NCBI GenBank assembly: GCA_023213395.1
Contig: CM041465.1
Location: 160,091,741-160,155,740, forward strand
Reading direction: 5' to 3'
Source: Cycas panzhihuaensis
Lineage: Eukaryota > Plantae > Cycadophyta
Length of the DNA: 64,000 nt
The notes under the pieces were generated by a model, which saw only the letters and a list, made by a program, of their open reading frames with translations, was not told where the DNA came from and searched no databases. This document shows positions 63,516 through 64,000 of the stretch, piece after piece. Made by a program: the position numbers and the translations under genes. The stretch's first letter is position 1. Every line of letters starts with the position of its first letter.

Positions 63516-64000
63516 GAGAGAACGTCTTTCACAATGGATGAAACTCCAAACCGTCTTCTCCAGTGAATAGGTGAGCTTACTAGGATCTTAACTAGCAGTC
63601 ATATGCAGTTATTTTACTATATGTATGAGAAGCTAGATCAGTATGATCAAATATCAAACACTTCTTTGGCTTTAATACCAAATGATGGATTTAGAGGAGT
63701 AGAGTAGGACTTTAGATCGAGTGAATTTTGAGAAAACAAGTGATTTCTAATTGTTGGCAATGTTAAAAAACACTAGGGAGGTATTCCCACCCTTTAAATA
63801 GAGTTTTTGGGGAGGCGGTAAGTGCCATCACCCTACCTACACATTAGTTGACATATAATTCAAAATATATTAAAAAATATAACAACAATAAATGAAAACG
63901 CGTACCTTAATATAGTGGTGTCAGCTCTTGGTGGCTATTCAGAGGCTTAAGGTGCCCTAAGGGCCCTCAAAGGTGGCTTTGAAGGGCCCTAGGCACACAG

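Larger units (their letters stand above)
57810..64000 (-). mobile_element. Element B: non-autonomous Copia derivative (gag plus RNase H end, PR-INT-RT deleted) with ~4.3-kb leader carrying host-gene fragments; 5' LTR runs off the window
   Basis: 3' LTR 57810-58158 and 5' LTR from 63683 to the window end. PBS GCTTTAATACCA at 63669-63680. PPT TTCTCCCCC at 58159-58167. Confidence 0.93.

Noticed and set aside
50644-64000. Retrozyme (hammerhead ribozyme in LTRs)
   Set aside because: No CUGAnGA...GAAA core with flanking stems was found in the LTRs of A or B by eye.

Overview
AT-rich, heavily C-to-T-decayed land-plant nuclear heterochromatin with no intact host gene. The window is almost entirely nested retrotransposon remains: two L1-type LINEs, four Copia elements or fragments, Gypsy chromovirus-type (Reina-like and CRM-like) fragments, and several non-autonomous LTR elements. 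The standout is a pair of non-autonomous Copia-derived elements, A (50644-56533, +) and B (57810 to beyond 64000, -). They have dissimilar LTRs but share a colinear internal scaffold. At the same position in that scaffold, each carries a different chain of short host-gene fragments. A carries RPL29, cytosolic phosphoglucomutase, an RD21-like cysteine protease, an EMF1-like N-terminal motif and P5CS. B carries XTH, CPN20 and cytosolic HSP90. All eight recognisable fragments are antisense to their element. Several appear to run across expected intron positions (spliced mRNA origin), while the XTH piece keeps an exon-intron junction. All homologies were recognised by manual translation, not by database search, and boundaries of old elements are approximate.
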